Shown: piece by piece, positions 1 to 9,530 of the stretch | Position numbering within the stretch: the first letter of the stretch is position 1 | Layout: each line of letters starts with the position of its first letter | IMG/VR virus record: IMGVR_UViG_3300043672_000039 | Coordinates: 1-64,000 of that record | Length of the DNA: 64,000 nt | DNA from: a virus | Taxonomy: Duplodnaviria > Caudoviricetes | Direction: 5' to 3' (one strand) | Translations under genes and position numbers: made by a program | The notes under the pieces: generated by a model | Databases searched by the model: none | Seen by the model: only the letters and a program-made list of their open reading frames with translations | What the model was told of the DNA's origin: nothing

Positions 1-1
1 C

Positions 2-1291
2 CTACTTGCCCGGGAAGTCACCGGAAAAGTTTCTCATTATCGTTTGGCCGGTCCTGAGATGCTGGACATTTTCAGTCGGGATGATCGTTTCCCATCCTTT
101 GAAGACTGCGCTGCGTTTTTCAGCTTTCAAAAAGGGAACGGAACGCTTCACGGCAGCAAAGGCGTGGGGCGGGACATCTATGAACTTGCTGGCATGGTGG
201 ATCGCACTCGTAACGAAGTCGTGGATCGACTTGTTATGGCGGGCAAGACCATGTTCCAAGGGGACATAAAACGGATTCACACTTTTAAAATGTCGGTGCT
301 CGGTTCGACCGTCATCGTTCCGAACGGCTGGACCTTTCTCGAAGCGAAAGTGGACGGCAACGTTGAGCCCTTCCTCAAACTCGATTCTTATTTCAACCAG
401 ATCGTCGATCAACTGGTTGGCGCGGTTTCCCCGCCCAATGTTGAAGGCGAAGCTTTTCGTTCGCCCGCCGGATGGAATTTGCTCGCGCAGCGTCAGGAAG
501 AAGGCCGGGATACGCGCATCGCGCGGTTTTTGGAGCAGTTTACGAATCTAATTGGTATGATGCAGAAACGCATTTGCGATTCTGACACGGTCGATGATGA
601 CGCGAAGGCCGCGCAAAAAGATTTGCTCAAGGAAATGACGCGAGAGGAAGTGGACGAGCTTGCGAAACAGCCGGTCGCGGGCACCATCAAGGATTTGACT
701 CCGATTGAGCGTCAGGCTATCGCCATGATCTCAGTTTCGAAGAAGGGCAACCCGCTTTACAATCAGCGGCAACTCGAAGTCGAGGAACTTACTGCGGGTC
801 CGGGCGTTGATTATATGCGCCGCGTGTTGCTGCCGGATTCTGATCCTACGGAGCAGGCGGAACAGCAACGCCAGCAGCAACTCGAAATCGTTCTGCTCTC
901 TGGCGGTCAAGCGGTGCCGGTCAGCGGTCGCGATAATCATACGATTCATCTTCAGGTGGTGATGCCGTCCGCGCAGCAAATGGCGCAGCATATTTTGGAA
1001 GGAAAGTTTTCTGCGGCGACGATGGAAGCGTTCGGGGCGCACATCAACGAGCATTACAACCGCGCCCGAGAGCAAGGCGTCAAAGCCGAAGACCCGTTTA
1101 TGAAACAGGTTGCCGATTTCGTGAAAAATCTCGGACCGGCCCTCGCGCAGTTGAAGCAGGTCGAGGAAGACGCCGCGAAGCTCGCCGAAGAATCCAATAT
1201 GCTCGAACAGGAGCACCTGAAGGACGGAAGCGGAGACCCAAGTCTCGCGCTACCTCCGGAAGCGGAAGCTCCTCCTCCCGGAACAATGTAA
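2..1291 (+). CDS. Putative portal (head-tail connector) protein, 5'-truncated by window edge
   Basis: Frame open from position 2; helical Gln-rich C-terminus; sits upstream of scaffold-like and capsid genes as podovirus portals do. Confidence 0.6.
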   Translation, partial: LLAREVTGKVSHYRLAGPEMLDIFSRDDRFPSFEDCAAFFSFQKGNGTLHGSKGVGRDIYELAGMVDRTRNEVVDRLVMAGKTMFQGDIKRIHTFKMSVLGSTVIVPNGWTFLEAKVDGNVEPFLKLDSYFNQIVDQLVGAVSPPNVEGEAFRSPAGWNLLAQRQEEGRDTRIARFLEQFTNLIGMMQKRICDSDTVDDDAKAAQKDLLKEMTREEVDELAKQPVAGTIKDLTPIERQAIAMISVSKKGNPLYNQRQLEVEELTAGPGVDYMRRVLLPDSDPTEQAEQQRQQQLEIVLLSGGQAVPVSGRDNHTIHLQVVMPSAQQMAQHILEGKFSAATMEAFGAHINEHYNRAREQGVKAEDPFMKQVADFVKNLGPALAQLKQVEEDAAKLAEESNMLEQEHLKDGSGDPSLALPPEAEAPPPGTM

Positions 1292-1306
1292 TTTTTAAAT
1301 CCCCCT

Positions 1307-1615
1307 ATGGAAATCACCAACGAAGGTCTGGTCTGGACATCCGACGACGAAGCGAACTGGAACAGTTTTCTTCAAACGAACTCCGGCAAGCGATTGATTC
1401 CCAAGCTCGCGGAATACGCGCCGATTTTGCTCGACGGAGCCCATGCAAATAAAACTCTCGTCCGTAACGGCGAGCTTCGCGGTTTTCAGATCGCAATTTC
1501 TCGGTTGCTTGAAATGACCCACTCGCAGCCGCTTCCTCCGCAGAATGTTACACCATATCCGGATTTGGAAGACGACAAGCAATGGGCCGACGGATTGAAA
1601 ATAGAGAAGAAATAA
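1307..1615 (+). CDS. Hypothetical protein (102 aa), head module
   Basis: ATG after AT-rich leader; tight packing between portal and scaffold-like gene. Confidence 0.7.
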   Translation: MEITNEGLVWTSDDEANWNSFLQTNSGKRLIPKLAEYAPILLDGAHANKTLVRNGELRGFQIAISRLLEMTHSQPLPPQNVTPYPDLEDDKQWADGLKIEKK

Positions 1616-1616
1616 T

Positions 1617-2990
1617 ATGCCTACTGAAAAAACCCCCGCAGCCGCTCCCGGATTCGTTGATCTCGGGAAGAAAAACGCAGACATCGCGCAGAAGCTCATC
1701 AACCAAGATAATTTGGTGAATGCGCCGATTGAAACCGCTCCCGCGAGCGAAGCTCTCGACAAGCTCGCCGCAGAAGCGAATAAAAAAGGCGAAGCCGCCG
1801 CAGCCGGAGAAATTCCGCCCGAGGTAACGCCGAAAGAGACGCCGCCCGCCAAAGAAACTCCCCCGGCGAAAGAAACTCCGGCGGATGAGGCAAAAGCCAA
1901 GGCGGATGCTGAAGCCGCGAAGCTTCGGTCGGAAACCGAGTCGAAAACGAAAGCCGAAACGGAATCGGTGGATAAAATTTTCAAAGACTCCCCGCAATTG
2001 CCGCCCGGCACCAGTCCGAAGGCCGCAGACGCTTTTTCGAGCGTTAAGATCAAAGCGGCGCAGGAAATTAGCGCCCGCGACGCCGAAATCGAAAAACTTC
2101 GGAAGGAACGCGAGGAGTTGGCCGAAAAATTGAAAAATCCGATTCCTCCGGAACTGGAAAAGGAATTAATCGACCACCGGACGTGGCGAGCGAAGCTCGA
2201 CGTTGAACACGACCCCCGGTTCAAAGGATTCGACAAGGACGTGACTGACGCGCAGGATTTCATCTACGCGCAGTTGAAAAAGTCGCCCGCCGTCACTCCG
2301 GAAATCATCGAGCAGATCAAAAAGCTCGGCGGACCGGAAAACGTGGACATGAGTAAGCTTTTCGACGCCGCAAAAGACCCGGCGATGCAGAGACTCGTGG
2401 AATCCAAGGTCGCCGATATCGAGATGGCGAAATTCAAAAAAGAACAGCATCTCAAGACGGTCAAGGACAACATCGAAGTTTACATGGCGGACCGGAAGAA
2501 ACATTTCGAGGCCAGCGTCAATCAGCACACCGTTGAGACGCAGAAACGCGTGGACCCCATGCTCCGCCAGCTTGATTGGGTTGCAGAGAAGCCCATCGAT
2601 CCTAAAGCGGACGCCGCCACTCAGAAAGAAGCTCAGGAGCACAATGCGTTTGTCGCTCAGACGAAATCGCAACTCGCGGAGGCTCTGAAGGATGATTCAG
2701 CGGATATGCGAGCTATTCTGCTCGTGGGTATGGCTCAGCTTTTCTATCTTCAGAGGAGCAACGCGGCGCTGAAACAAAAGTTCGATGCCAACGAAAAAGC
2801 ACTCGCCGAAATCACCGAGAAATACGACAAGGTGAAACGGTCGAGCACTTCTCGACTCAGCGAATCTGCGGCTCCGGCCAACGGCATCGCGCCGGTCAAA
2901 TCGAAAGATCAATTCAACGTTCATCCGGGGGATGCTATCGACACAATCGCCAAGCAAGTAATGGCGGAACGTGCCGCTAAATCCACCTGA
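1617..2990 (+). CDS. Putative capsid scaffolding protein (coiled-coil, 457 aa)
   Basis: Highly charged helical protein, N-terminal PKETPPAKETPPAKETP repeat, position between portal and MCP. Confidence 0.5.
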   Translation: MPTEKTPAAAPGFVDLGKKNADIAQKLINQDNLVNAPIETAPASEALDKLAAEANKKGEAAAAGEIPPEVTPKETPPAKETPPAKETPADEAKAKADAEAAKLRSETESKTKAETESVDKIFKDSPQLPPGTSPKAADAFSSVKIKAAQEISARDAEIEKLRKEREELAEKLKNPIPPELEKELIDHRTWRAKLDVEHDPRFKGFDKDVTDAQDFIYAQLKKSPAVTPEIIEQIKKLGGPENVDMSKLFDAAKDPAMQRLVESKVADIEMAKFKKEQHLKTVKDNIEVYMADRKKHFEASVNQHTVETQKRVDPMLRQLDWVAEKPIDPKADAATQKEAQEHNAFVAQTKSQLAEALKDDSADMRAILLVGMAQLFYLQRSNAALKQKFDANEKALAEITEKYDKVKRSSTSRLSESAAPANGIAPVKSKDQFNVHPGDAIDTIAKQVMAERAAKST

Positions 2991-3898
2991 TGTTTACGGA
3001 GCATTATTCAGACCGGACGGCAGGAGCGGAGATAGTCCCCTCCCCTCCTCCGTCCGCAATCGCCACTTTTTCCAAAAAAGTGATGGTCGTGCTTCCGTGG
3101 CAGAAACAGGTTTCTCCACTCACGGCGTTTTGTGTCTCAAAACTGATTGATCGCCGCCGCGCGACTTCGATCTTGAATTTTGGAGACGCGTTCGTCGTTC
3201 ACTCCCGGAATAGCTGCGCTGATGTTTTTCTAAGCTCGCCGTGTGATTATATGCTCACGCTTGACGACGACATGATAGTTCCGTTCGGTGACGCGACATG
3301 GTTCAACGCCATGACGAAATTCAATCTTCCGGAACCCTTCGCCAGTCTGAATGCTCTCGACCGTTTGATGTCTCATGGAAAAACTCTTGTTGGTGCGCTG
3401 TATTTTGGGAGGCATCCTCACGGCCCTCCGGTTTATAGTGAAGGTGCCGCTAAGCACGAAGCGGACTACTCCCGGCGTGGACCCCACAACTTAATCAAGC
3501 CGACAAAATGGGTTGGCACCGGTTGCATGCTGATTCATCGCTCAGTGTATGAAGATATCGAGAAACGTTTTCCTCGGCTCGCGCGTGGTCCGAATAAAAA
3601 AGGCGGACAGTGGTTTACGTCTTCGGAAGTGAGCCTCGTTGACAAGCTCGACACAATTAAGGACGCGCTTTCCGGCCCGCTCACATCAGAGAAGGCTTAC
3701 AAAGCTTTGGAATTGGTCGAAGCAGCGATTACGAACGCGAAATATGAGAATACGCTCGGGTGCGGCGAAGACGTTTCTTTCTGTTTACGCGCCGCCGCCG
3801 CAGGGCATACTTGTTATATTGACATGGGGCTAATCTGCGGGCATCTAGGCCATTGTGTTTATGGTCCGGGTAACACAAGTCCCGCACCTTTAAAATGA
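2990..3898 (+). CDS. Glycosyltransferase, GT-A/GT2-like
   Basis: RN...DYMLTLDDDM (DxD), GALYFGR, GTGCMLIHRSVY, GEDVSFCLRA..AG, GHLG motifs typical of phage GT2-like proteins. Confidence 0.85.
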   Translation: MFTEHYSDRTAGAEIVPSPPPSAIATFSKKVMVVLPWQKQVSPLTAFCVSKLIDRRRATSILNFGDAFVVHSRNSCADVFLSSPCDYMLTLDDDMIVPFGDATWFNAMTKFNLPEPFASLNALDRLMSHGKTLVGALYFGRHPHGPPVYSEGAAKHEADYSRRGPHNLIKPTKWVGTGCMLIHRSVYEDIEKRFPRLARGPNKKGGQWFTSSEVSLVDKLDTIKDALSGPLTSEKAYKALELVEAAITNAKYENTLGCGEDVSFCLRAAAAGHTCYIDMGLICGHLGHCVYGPGNTSPAPLK

Positions 3899-4440
3899 CT
3901 CGGCAAGAAAAAGTAAAATATAACAAGCGGTGGCGAGAAGAAAACCCTGAAAAATTTAAGGCGCAATGCGCTCGGCATAGGACACGATATGCGGCGAAGC
4001 GTCGAGAATATAATAAATTGTGGAGAACGGCGAATCGGGAAAAGGCGAGAAAATGCGCTCGTGCATGGCGGTCTAAAAATAAAGACGCTCTTAGAGCTTA
4101 TCAACGGAGATGGCAAAAGATTAGACGGGCTTCCGACCCCGCGTATAGAATTCTTGGATATACTCGAAATAGATTGTGCGAGCTTTTGGGACAGGATCGA
4201 TCTTCTAAAACAAAAGAATTGATTGGCTGTTCCTTAAAGGAATTGAAACAGCACCTTCAGACTCAGTTTCAAGCTGGAATGACGTGGGAGAATTATGGAA
4301 AAGAAGGCTGGGTGGTAGATCACATCGTTCCATGCGCCCGTTTTGATTTTAATATCGACTCTCAACTAAGGGCTTGCTTTCATTACACCAATTTGCAACC
4401 GCTTTGGGAATTAGATAATTGTGAAAAGGGAGCAAGATGA
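3895..4440 (+). CDS. HNH homing endonuclease
   Basis: Basic N-terminus; GMTWENYG..W.VDHIVPC..F...CFHYTNLQPLW..DN. Confidence 0.85.
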   Translation: MTRQEKVKYNKRWREENPEKFKAQCARHRTRYAAKRREYNKLWRTANREKARKCARAWRSKNKDALRAYQRRWQKIRRASDPAYRILGYTRNRLCELLGQDRSSKTKELIGCSLKELKQHLQTQFQAGMTWENYGKEGWVVDHIVPCARFDFNIDSQLRACFHYTNLQPLWELDNCEKGAR

Positions 4441-5174
4441 AGTTGCCGATTCCCACGAACAAGATATTGATTGCGTTAATGTTTTGGGAAGGAGACCGGG
4501 AGCCCGCGATGAAGCTCGCGCGACTTATCGCGGATTTGGAACCGGTGCGCTGTGATAAAGCGGATTTTCTTTTTGTGTCTCGGTTCGATTCAAAACATGA
4601 TGACGTAACTGTCCGGCACGTATCTAGAAAATTCAACGTTTACACGCACACTTCTAAGCGGCGGGGAACCGGCTGGCCTATGGGGTGCAATGCAATCTTC
4701 TTTGGTATGTTGGAATGGGCGTATCATAAAATGGCGGCAGGGATGGTGCCGCATTACAAATCGATTTTGGTGCTCGGCGCTGATGGGGCCCCGTTCAAAG
4801 TCGATTGGCTCACTTCTTTCGTTAACAGCCAACGTCCGGATGTTTTTATGTCCGGGGCGCTCATCCTCGACCCGGTAAACGGACATGACCACATTAACGG
4901 AGATTGCGCGTTGCTTTCCGGCGACTTGAAATTTTTAAAATGGCTGACTCTCGGGATCGGGGATGTCTCTGCTCATGCGGGTTGGGATTGGGTGCTATCG
5001 GAGGACTTCCGCCGTTGGGGATGGCAGAATCTTCCGTTTGTGAAAAGTGTTTGGAATCGGCAGGGACGATTTACGCAAACCGATTGGGATTCCGAAATCT
5101 CGGACGGGACGGTCTGGTTGCATGGGGTGAAAAATTATGATTTGCAAAACTTGGTGAGGAAAAATCTCCTATGA
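4437..5174 (+). CDS. Putative glycosyltransferase-like protein (245 aa)
   Basis: GT-A-like alternating beta/alpha pattern, GWPMGCN, LGADG (DxD-like position), terminal WLHGVK; neighbour of epimerase. Confidence 0.5.
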   Translation: MKLPIPTNKILIALMFWEGDREPAMKLARLIADLEPVRCDKADFLFVSRFDSKHDDVTVRHVSRKFNVYTHTSKRRGTGWPMGCNAIFFGMLEWAYHKMAAGMVPHYKSILVLGADGAPFKVDWLTSFVNSQRPDVFMSGALILDPVNGHDHINGDCALLSGDLKFLKWLTLGIGDVSAHAGWDWVLSEDFRRWGWQNLPFVKSVWNRQGRFTQTDWDSEISDGTVWLHGVKNYDLQNLVRKNLL

Positions 5175-6106
5175 AAGAAATCTCCGTCGTTTGCGGTGCT
5201 AATGGATACGTTGGCCGAAATCTGGTGAAATACCTTGTCGAGCGGGGGCATGAGGTTCGCGCTGTAAGCCGCTCCGGAGAACAGAGAGAAGATTGCCGCC
5301 ATATGTTCGGAGATTTAACGGAACCGGAATTTTGCAAACGCGCGACGGCGGACGCGACGTGGGTTTATAATCTTGCGGCCAACGTAGGCGGCATCGGCTA
5401 CATCGGAAAGCAAAACGCGAACTGCATGGCGTCCGTTCTCATCAATACAAACCTCCTTCGAATCGCCGCTAAGAACAGCAATCTTGGGGGATATTTTTTC
5501 GCTTCGTCCTCGTGCGTCTATCCTAGCTGGATTAGTCCACTTAAAGAGGATTTAGCTCACCCAAGTCGAGACAATGGTTACGGATATGAAAAATTCTTCA
5601 GTGAAAAAATGTGCGAAGCGTTCCATGAGGATTTTGGTGTTCGCGTTCATATTGCGAGATATCATACGATTTATGGACCCGGCGACTGGCGCGGTTCGGC
5701 GCGTGATCATTTTCCTTCGGCTCTGTGTCAGAAGGTGGTGAATGCAAAACTTTCCGGCGTAAACGAAATCAATATCTGGGGCGACGGGTCTCAAACTCGA
5801 AGCCTTCTCTACATCGATGACTGCGTCGAGGGCACTCATCGGATAATGCAAAGCGATTGCCATATGCCGATTAATTTGGGGACGAGCACCCCGGTTTCGG
5901 TAAACAGTTTGGTGACGCAATTGGAAGATATTGCGGGTATCGATCTTTTGAGGTTTTACGCAAAGGATGCGCCGGTTGGATGCACTCATAAAACTTCGGA
6001 CAACTCGTTCATTAAGGCTCGGTTGAACTGGGAACCGACAACGCAATCAGACACGGGCCTTCGCAGATTGTATGCGGATTGCTACGACCGGGCATTAAAG
6101 AAATGA
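5171..6106 (+). CDS. NAD-dependent nucleotide-sugar epimerase, GDP-mannose 3,5-epimerase-like (extended SDR)
   Basis: GANGYVG Rossmann motif, NLAANVGGIGYI, FASSSCVYP, YGYEK (YxxxK), IWGDGSQTRS..YIDD. Confidence 0.85.
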   Translation: MKEISVVCGANGYVGRNLVKYLVERGHEVRAVSRSGEQREDCRHMFGDLTEPEFCKRATADATWVYNLAANVGGIGYIGKQNANCMASVLINTNLLRIAAKNSNLGGYFFASSSCVYPSWISPLKEDLAHPSRDNGYGYEKFFSEKMCEAFHEDFGVRVHIARYHTIYGPGDWRGSARDHFPSALCQKVVNAKLSGVNEINIWGDGSQTRSLLYIDDCVEGTHRIMQSDCHMPINLGTSTPVSVNSLVTQLEDIAGIDLLRFYAKDAPVGCTHKTSDNSFIKARLNWEPTTQSDTGLRRLYADCYDRALKK

Positions 6107-6810
6107 ACGAAGACACGCTAGTTGCCGCCTGCGCTTACACCGGAGACCAACATCAGGTCATCGCTGCGCTGTCTCAGTATTTGCATCACGACACGCGATT
6201 CGTGGTCTTCTCTCCGGAGAATTCTCCGGCCCACGTAATCTACCCCGGCGTCGAGCGGCGTTTCGTAGGCACGGCTTCCTACATCGGGCAAGGGTCTTTG
6301 GATCGCCAGCGGGAGCACCTGCGGATTCTGCTTCAGTATCCTCACAAGTATTTTTTGCTTCACGATTCGGATTCGTTTTGTCTCTCGGCAAAAATCCCGC
6401 AGCATCTCTATAAATTTTCGGAAAATACGATCTGGTCGAACGAAGTGACGGAGCCGCGCCCGCATGAGTCTCCGTATCCGAAGATCGCGATGCAGCCGCC
6501 GTATTTTCTATCGCGTCCGGTGATCGAGAAGATGCTTGCGGTTGCCGACAGAGTCCGGGCTCATCCCATCACGCCTTACATCGATTGGTGGATGCTGGCG
6601 GTATCGAGCGAAGCCGGGCTTTATCACAAGCCGTTTACCTCGCTGGAGCACACCCCGAGGACGGAAGAACCTTGCCGGGAGTCCGACTCATGGAAAGTTT
6701 TGGAATACCGAATTAAATACATGGGGGCAATGTTTATGCACCCGATTAAGACCCCGCAGCAATTGCAGATGTGCATCGACGCGCGAAAATTTTATGAACA
6801 TGAATCCTAA
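6103..6810 (+). CDS. Putative glycosyltransferase-like protein A
   Basis: ATGA overlap with epimerase stop; HDSDSFCL DxD motif; paralog of next gene. Confidence 0.55.
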   Translation: MNEDTLVAACAYTGDQHQVIAALSQYLHHDTRFVVFSPENSPAHVIYPGVERRFVGTASYIGQGSLDRQREHLRILLQYPHKYFLLHDSDSFCLSAKIPQHLYKFSENTIWSNEVTEPRPHESPYPKIAMQPPYFLSRPVIEKMLAVADRVRAHPITPYIDWWMLAVSSEAGLYHKPFTSLEHTPRTEEPCRESDSWKVLEYRIKYMGAMFMHPIKTPQQLQMCIDARKFYEHES

Positions 6811-7534
6811 TACCCTCGTGGCAGTTTCGGCTTACGCGGGCGATTTATCGCAGGTAGAAAACAATATGCCGTATTACGTTCATCACGGATGCCAAGTCGC
6901 AATCTTCTCTCCGGAAGACGCGCCGATTGACCGAGTTGAGCAGCCGGGTGTGGTGTGCTACGTCGCTGGAAAAAAAGGCTGGATCGGAAAGCATACGCTC
7001 GAACGCCAGCGGCTATTTCTCGAAGGGTTGCTGCGTTTTTCACAAGAGAATTTTTTGTTCAACGACTCCGACTCGTTCTGTCTGTCGCCCCGGCTCCCGG
7101 ACTACCTCTACGCAAACAGGGATGTCATCTGGTCGAATGAAGTGCTCGATACGAACCCCGCGCCTTCTCACCTTCCGAAGCTCGCGTTGCAGCCGCCGTA
7201 TTTTCTTTCGCGCCGGACGATTGAGGGAATGTTAAGGGCCGCGCAAAATCTTCCTACTTCATACTACGCTGGAGCTTCTGGGTTCGGCGAATTACCGGTG
7301 CCGACCGAGTGTATCGACCACTGGATGTTGCAAGTCGCCTGCGGCTCCGGGTATCCGCATCATAATTTTTTCACGGGCGCTAGTTTCGAAACAGGAACGG
7401 ACCACGGTGCGCGGGAGATGGAAAACTTAGTTGCGCATCATGGACGAGTCTTGATACACTCTGTTAAGACAAAAAATGTTTTAGATCGACTTGCCGCCGC
7501 ACATGCAAACTACCGCCGAACACATGGTCAGTAA
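6794..7534 (+). CDS. Putative glycosyltransferase-like protein B
   Basis: NDSDSFCL, IWSNEV, QPPYFLSR shared with upstream paralog; ATG at 6794 or 6800. Confidence 0.55.
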   Translation: MNMNPNTLVAVSAYAGDLSQVENNMPYYVHHGCQVAIFSPEDAPIDRVEQPGVVCYVAGKKGWIGKHTLERQRLFLEGLLRFSQENFLFNDSDSFCLSPRLPDYLYANRDVIWSNEVLDTNPAPSHLPKLALQPPYFLSRRTIEGMLRAAQNLPTSYYAGASGFGELPVPTECIDHWMLQVACGSGYPHHNFFTGASFETGTDHGAREMENLVAHHGRVLIHSVKTKNVLDRLAAAHANYRRTHGQ

Positions 7535-7997
7535 GATTTGTAGCAAGTGTAAAACAGCCAAGGCACCTTCAGATTTCAATCTGGATAAGTCCTCCAAGGA
7601 CGGGCATAGATTTTCGTGCCGGGCATGTGATTCGGAGGGGTTTGAAAAATATCGGGAGAAACACCGAGAAAAGCTTAATTCGGAACAGCGAAGTCGCAGA
7701 TCAAAAAATCCAGAATTTTATAGACGAGTTGTTTCTCGAAGTGATTTGAAACGGAGGTTTAATTTGACCCCCGAAGAAAAACAGAAACTAATCGCTCAGC
7801 AAGGGAATTGTTGCGCGATTTGCCGCGAACCTTTTAAATCTTCTTTTCATACCCATGTGGATCATATCCATGGATCGAGTCCGGTAATTCTTCGAGGTAT
7901 CCTTTGTTCAAATTGTAACGCCGGTTTGGGTCAGTTTAAAGACTCACAATTTAATCTTCATCAGGCAATTTTGTATCTTCAAAAATCTCAAGGTTGA
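7503..7997 (+). CDS. Endonuclease VII-like (HNH) homing endonuclease
   Basis: CSKC..C..C Zn motif, CAIC...HVDHIH...RGILCSNCNAGLGQFKDS. Confidence 0.85.
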   Translation: MQTTAEHMVSKICSKCKTAKAPSDFNLDKSSKDGHRFSCRACDSEGFEKYREKHREKLNSEQRSRRSKNPEFYRRVVSRSDLKRRFNLTPEEKQKLIAQQGNCCAICREPFKSSFHTHVDHIHGSSPVILRGILCSNCNAGLGQFKDSQFNLHQAILYLQKSQG

Positions 7998-8023
7998 CGG
8001 TTTCTTATACCCGGGTGACTGTT
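7994..8023 (+). promoter_or_regulatory. Candidate phage promoter TTGACG-N15-GTGACTGTT upstream of major capsid gene
   Basis: Motif recurs at nine gene starts; here 134 nt upstream of MCP ATG. Confidence 0.65.
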
Positions 8024-8157
8024 GGATTGGAAGCTAAAATCTTCTCTGCACCGCTTCCGACAGAGAGTGCCTAAAGGCTGTTTGGCCACAGCAGGTCCGA
8101 AAAACAAACAGTTTTAACCCGTTCCCGAAATGGGAACAAATCGAAAGTAGATACTTT

Positions 8158-9456
8158 ATGGCCTTTTTCTGTGATGATCCCAGTGCAATCAGCGACATAG
8201 CCTCAAAAGACACAAATCGAATTGTGGGCACTATCGCGAAGGCGCTTGCTGCAAACTCAGTTTATATGAACGTCATCGGCGGCGGAGTTTTTCCGTCCGG
8301 CGTGTCAGATGCAATAAGAAGTGTCGTGCAAATGCAGGCCGCTCCCGGTGATTCGCTGGCAATCCCGACCTTCGTTTGTGATACCGAAATCTGCGGTCAG
8401 ACCGGCATTCAGGATTTGACGGACACCGTCGAATTCACTTTGCGCCTTGAGTCGTTCCGTGGGCGCGGTCCCAACATCTGCGTCAAGAAAGGTTACGCGG
8501 CTTTCAAAGGTTCCTACGTCATGGCGGAGGACTCCCTCAAGAAGCTCGTCACCCAGTATATCAACTCGGACGTTCGCGCCCAGTTGTATCTGCGCTCGGC
8601 TTCGAAATTCACCGCGAACGCCAACTACGATTTCGACTCCCTGTTTACCGGGGGTCTCGAAACTGATCTCGGTGTGAAGTTCGCGCCACTGTTGCCCACG
8701 GGTCCAATGACCTTCAAGGCTCTGCACTACATCGCCCGCTACCTGCGCGAAGTTCTTTTCGGCGAGTGGTATGCGCAAGATCAGGGCATGCCTCATTTCC
8801 GTTTCATCGGTGGCGCGGATCAGGTCGAATATTTTCGGTCTGAAGTCGGCGTCCAGAATGTGATGGTCGCTCTTACGACTGGCGGATATAAGCTGGGTGA
8901 AACCACGCTGACCGCTTACTCGTTCGAACAGTCTCCGGCTTACCGGGGTATCGCTTTCGGTGTTGATCAACGTCCGTTGCGTGCAACCGGTTTCAACCCG
9001 GACGGCACCCTCGCGCTGGTTGACCCGGTGACGATTGTCAGCAACCCGGCGCGTAACACCGCCTTCGCCAAACCGAATCCGGCGTGGCTGAATGCTGACT
9101 ACGAAGTCGGCGTGCTCATCGCTGACGGCTCCTTCGAGCGCCTCGTGCCCGAGAAGTATGTCGGTGAAGGAAGTTTCAAATTTGCCCCGCAACTGCACAT
9201 GGGCGAACTCGAATGGCATTACATTGTGGACAACCAATGTAATCAGTGGGGCGATTTTGGTTGGCATAAATACCAAATCACCCGGGCATATCGCCCGCTC
9301 CGTCCTCAACACATTATTCCTATCCTCTACAAACGGTGCCGCGCTGATCTCGGCCTCATCGCTTGTGCGGATAGTCCTTCGTCCAGCTTCTCAGGTTCCG
9401 ATAGTTTCTCGACTATCGGCGTGTGCGGCGACGACGAATCGCCCGTGATTCACTAA
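8158..9456 (+). CDS. Major capsid protein (432 aa)
   Basis: Size, position after scaffold/GT block, strong codon bias, dedicated promoter motif and downstream terminator. Confidence 0.75.
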   Translation: MAFFCDDPSAISDIASKDTNRIVGTIAKALAANSVYMNVIGGGVFPSGVSDAIRSVVQMQAAPGDSLAIPTFVCDTEICGQTGIQDLTDTVEFTLRLESFRGRGPNICVKKGYAAFKGSYVMAEDSLKKLVTQYINSDVRAQLYLRSASKFTANANYDFDSLFTGGLETDLGVKFAPLLPTGPMTFKALHYIARYLREVLFGEWYAQDQGMPHFRFIGGADQVEYFRSEVGVQNVMVALTTGGYKLGETTLTAYSFEQSPAYRGIAFGVDQRPLRATGFNPDGTLALVDPVTIVSNPARNTAFAKPNPAWLNADYEVGVLIADGSFERLVPEKYVGEGSFKFAPQLHMGELEWHYIVDNQCNQWGDFGWHKYQITRAYRPLRPQHIIPILYKRCRADLGLIACADSPSSSFSGSDSFSTIGVCGDDESPVIH

Positions 9457-9483
9457 CACTTCGCGTTAGGGGGAAGCGAACTC

Positions 9484-9515
9484 AGGCGGGGTGGGGAAAC
9501 CCATCCCGCCTTTTT
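9484..9515 (+). terminator. Rho-independent terminator after MCP
   Basis: AGGCGGGGTGGG-GAAA-CCCATCCCGCCT stem followed by T-run. Confidence 0.85.
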
Positions 9516-9530
9516 AGGATAGAAAATTAG

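Noticed and set aside
8305-9312. 335-aa antisense ORF over MCP (also 1295-2263, 23128-24066, 49884-50711, 58427-59149, 60195-60929)
   Set aside because: Shadow ORFs from GC-rich codon bias of the opposite-strand genes; no motifs or start context
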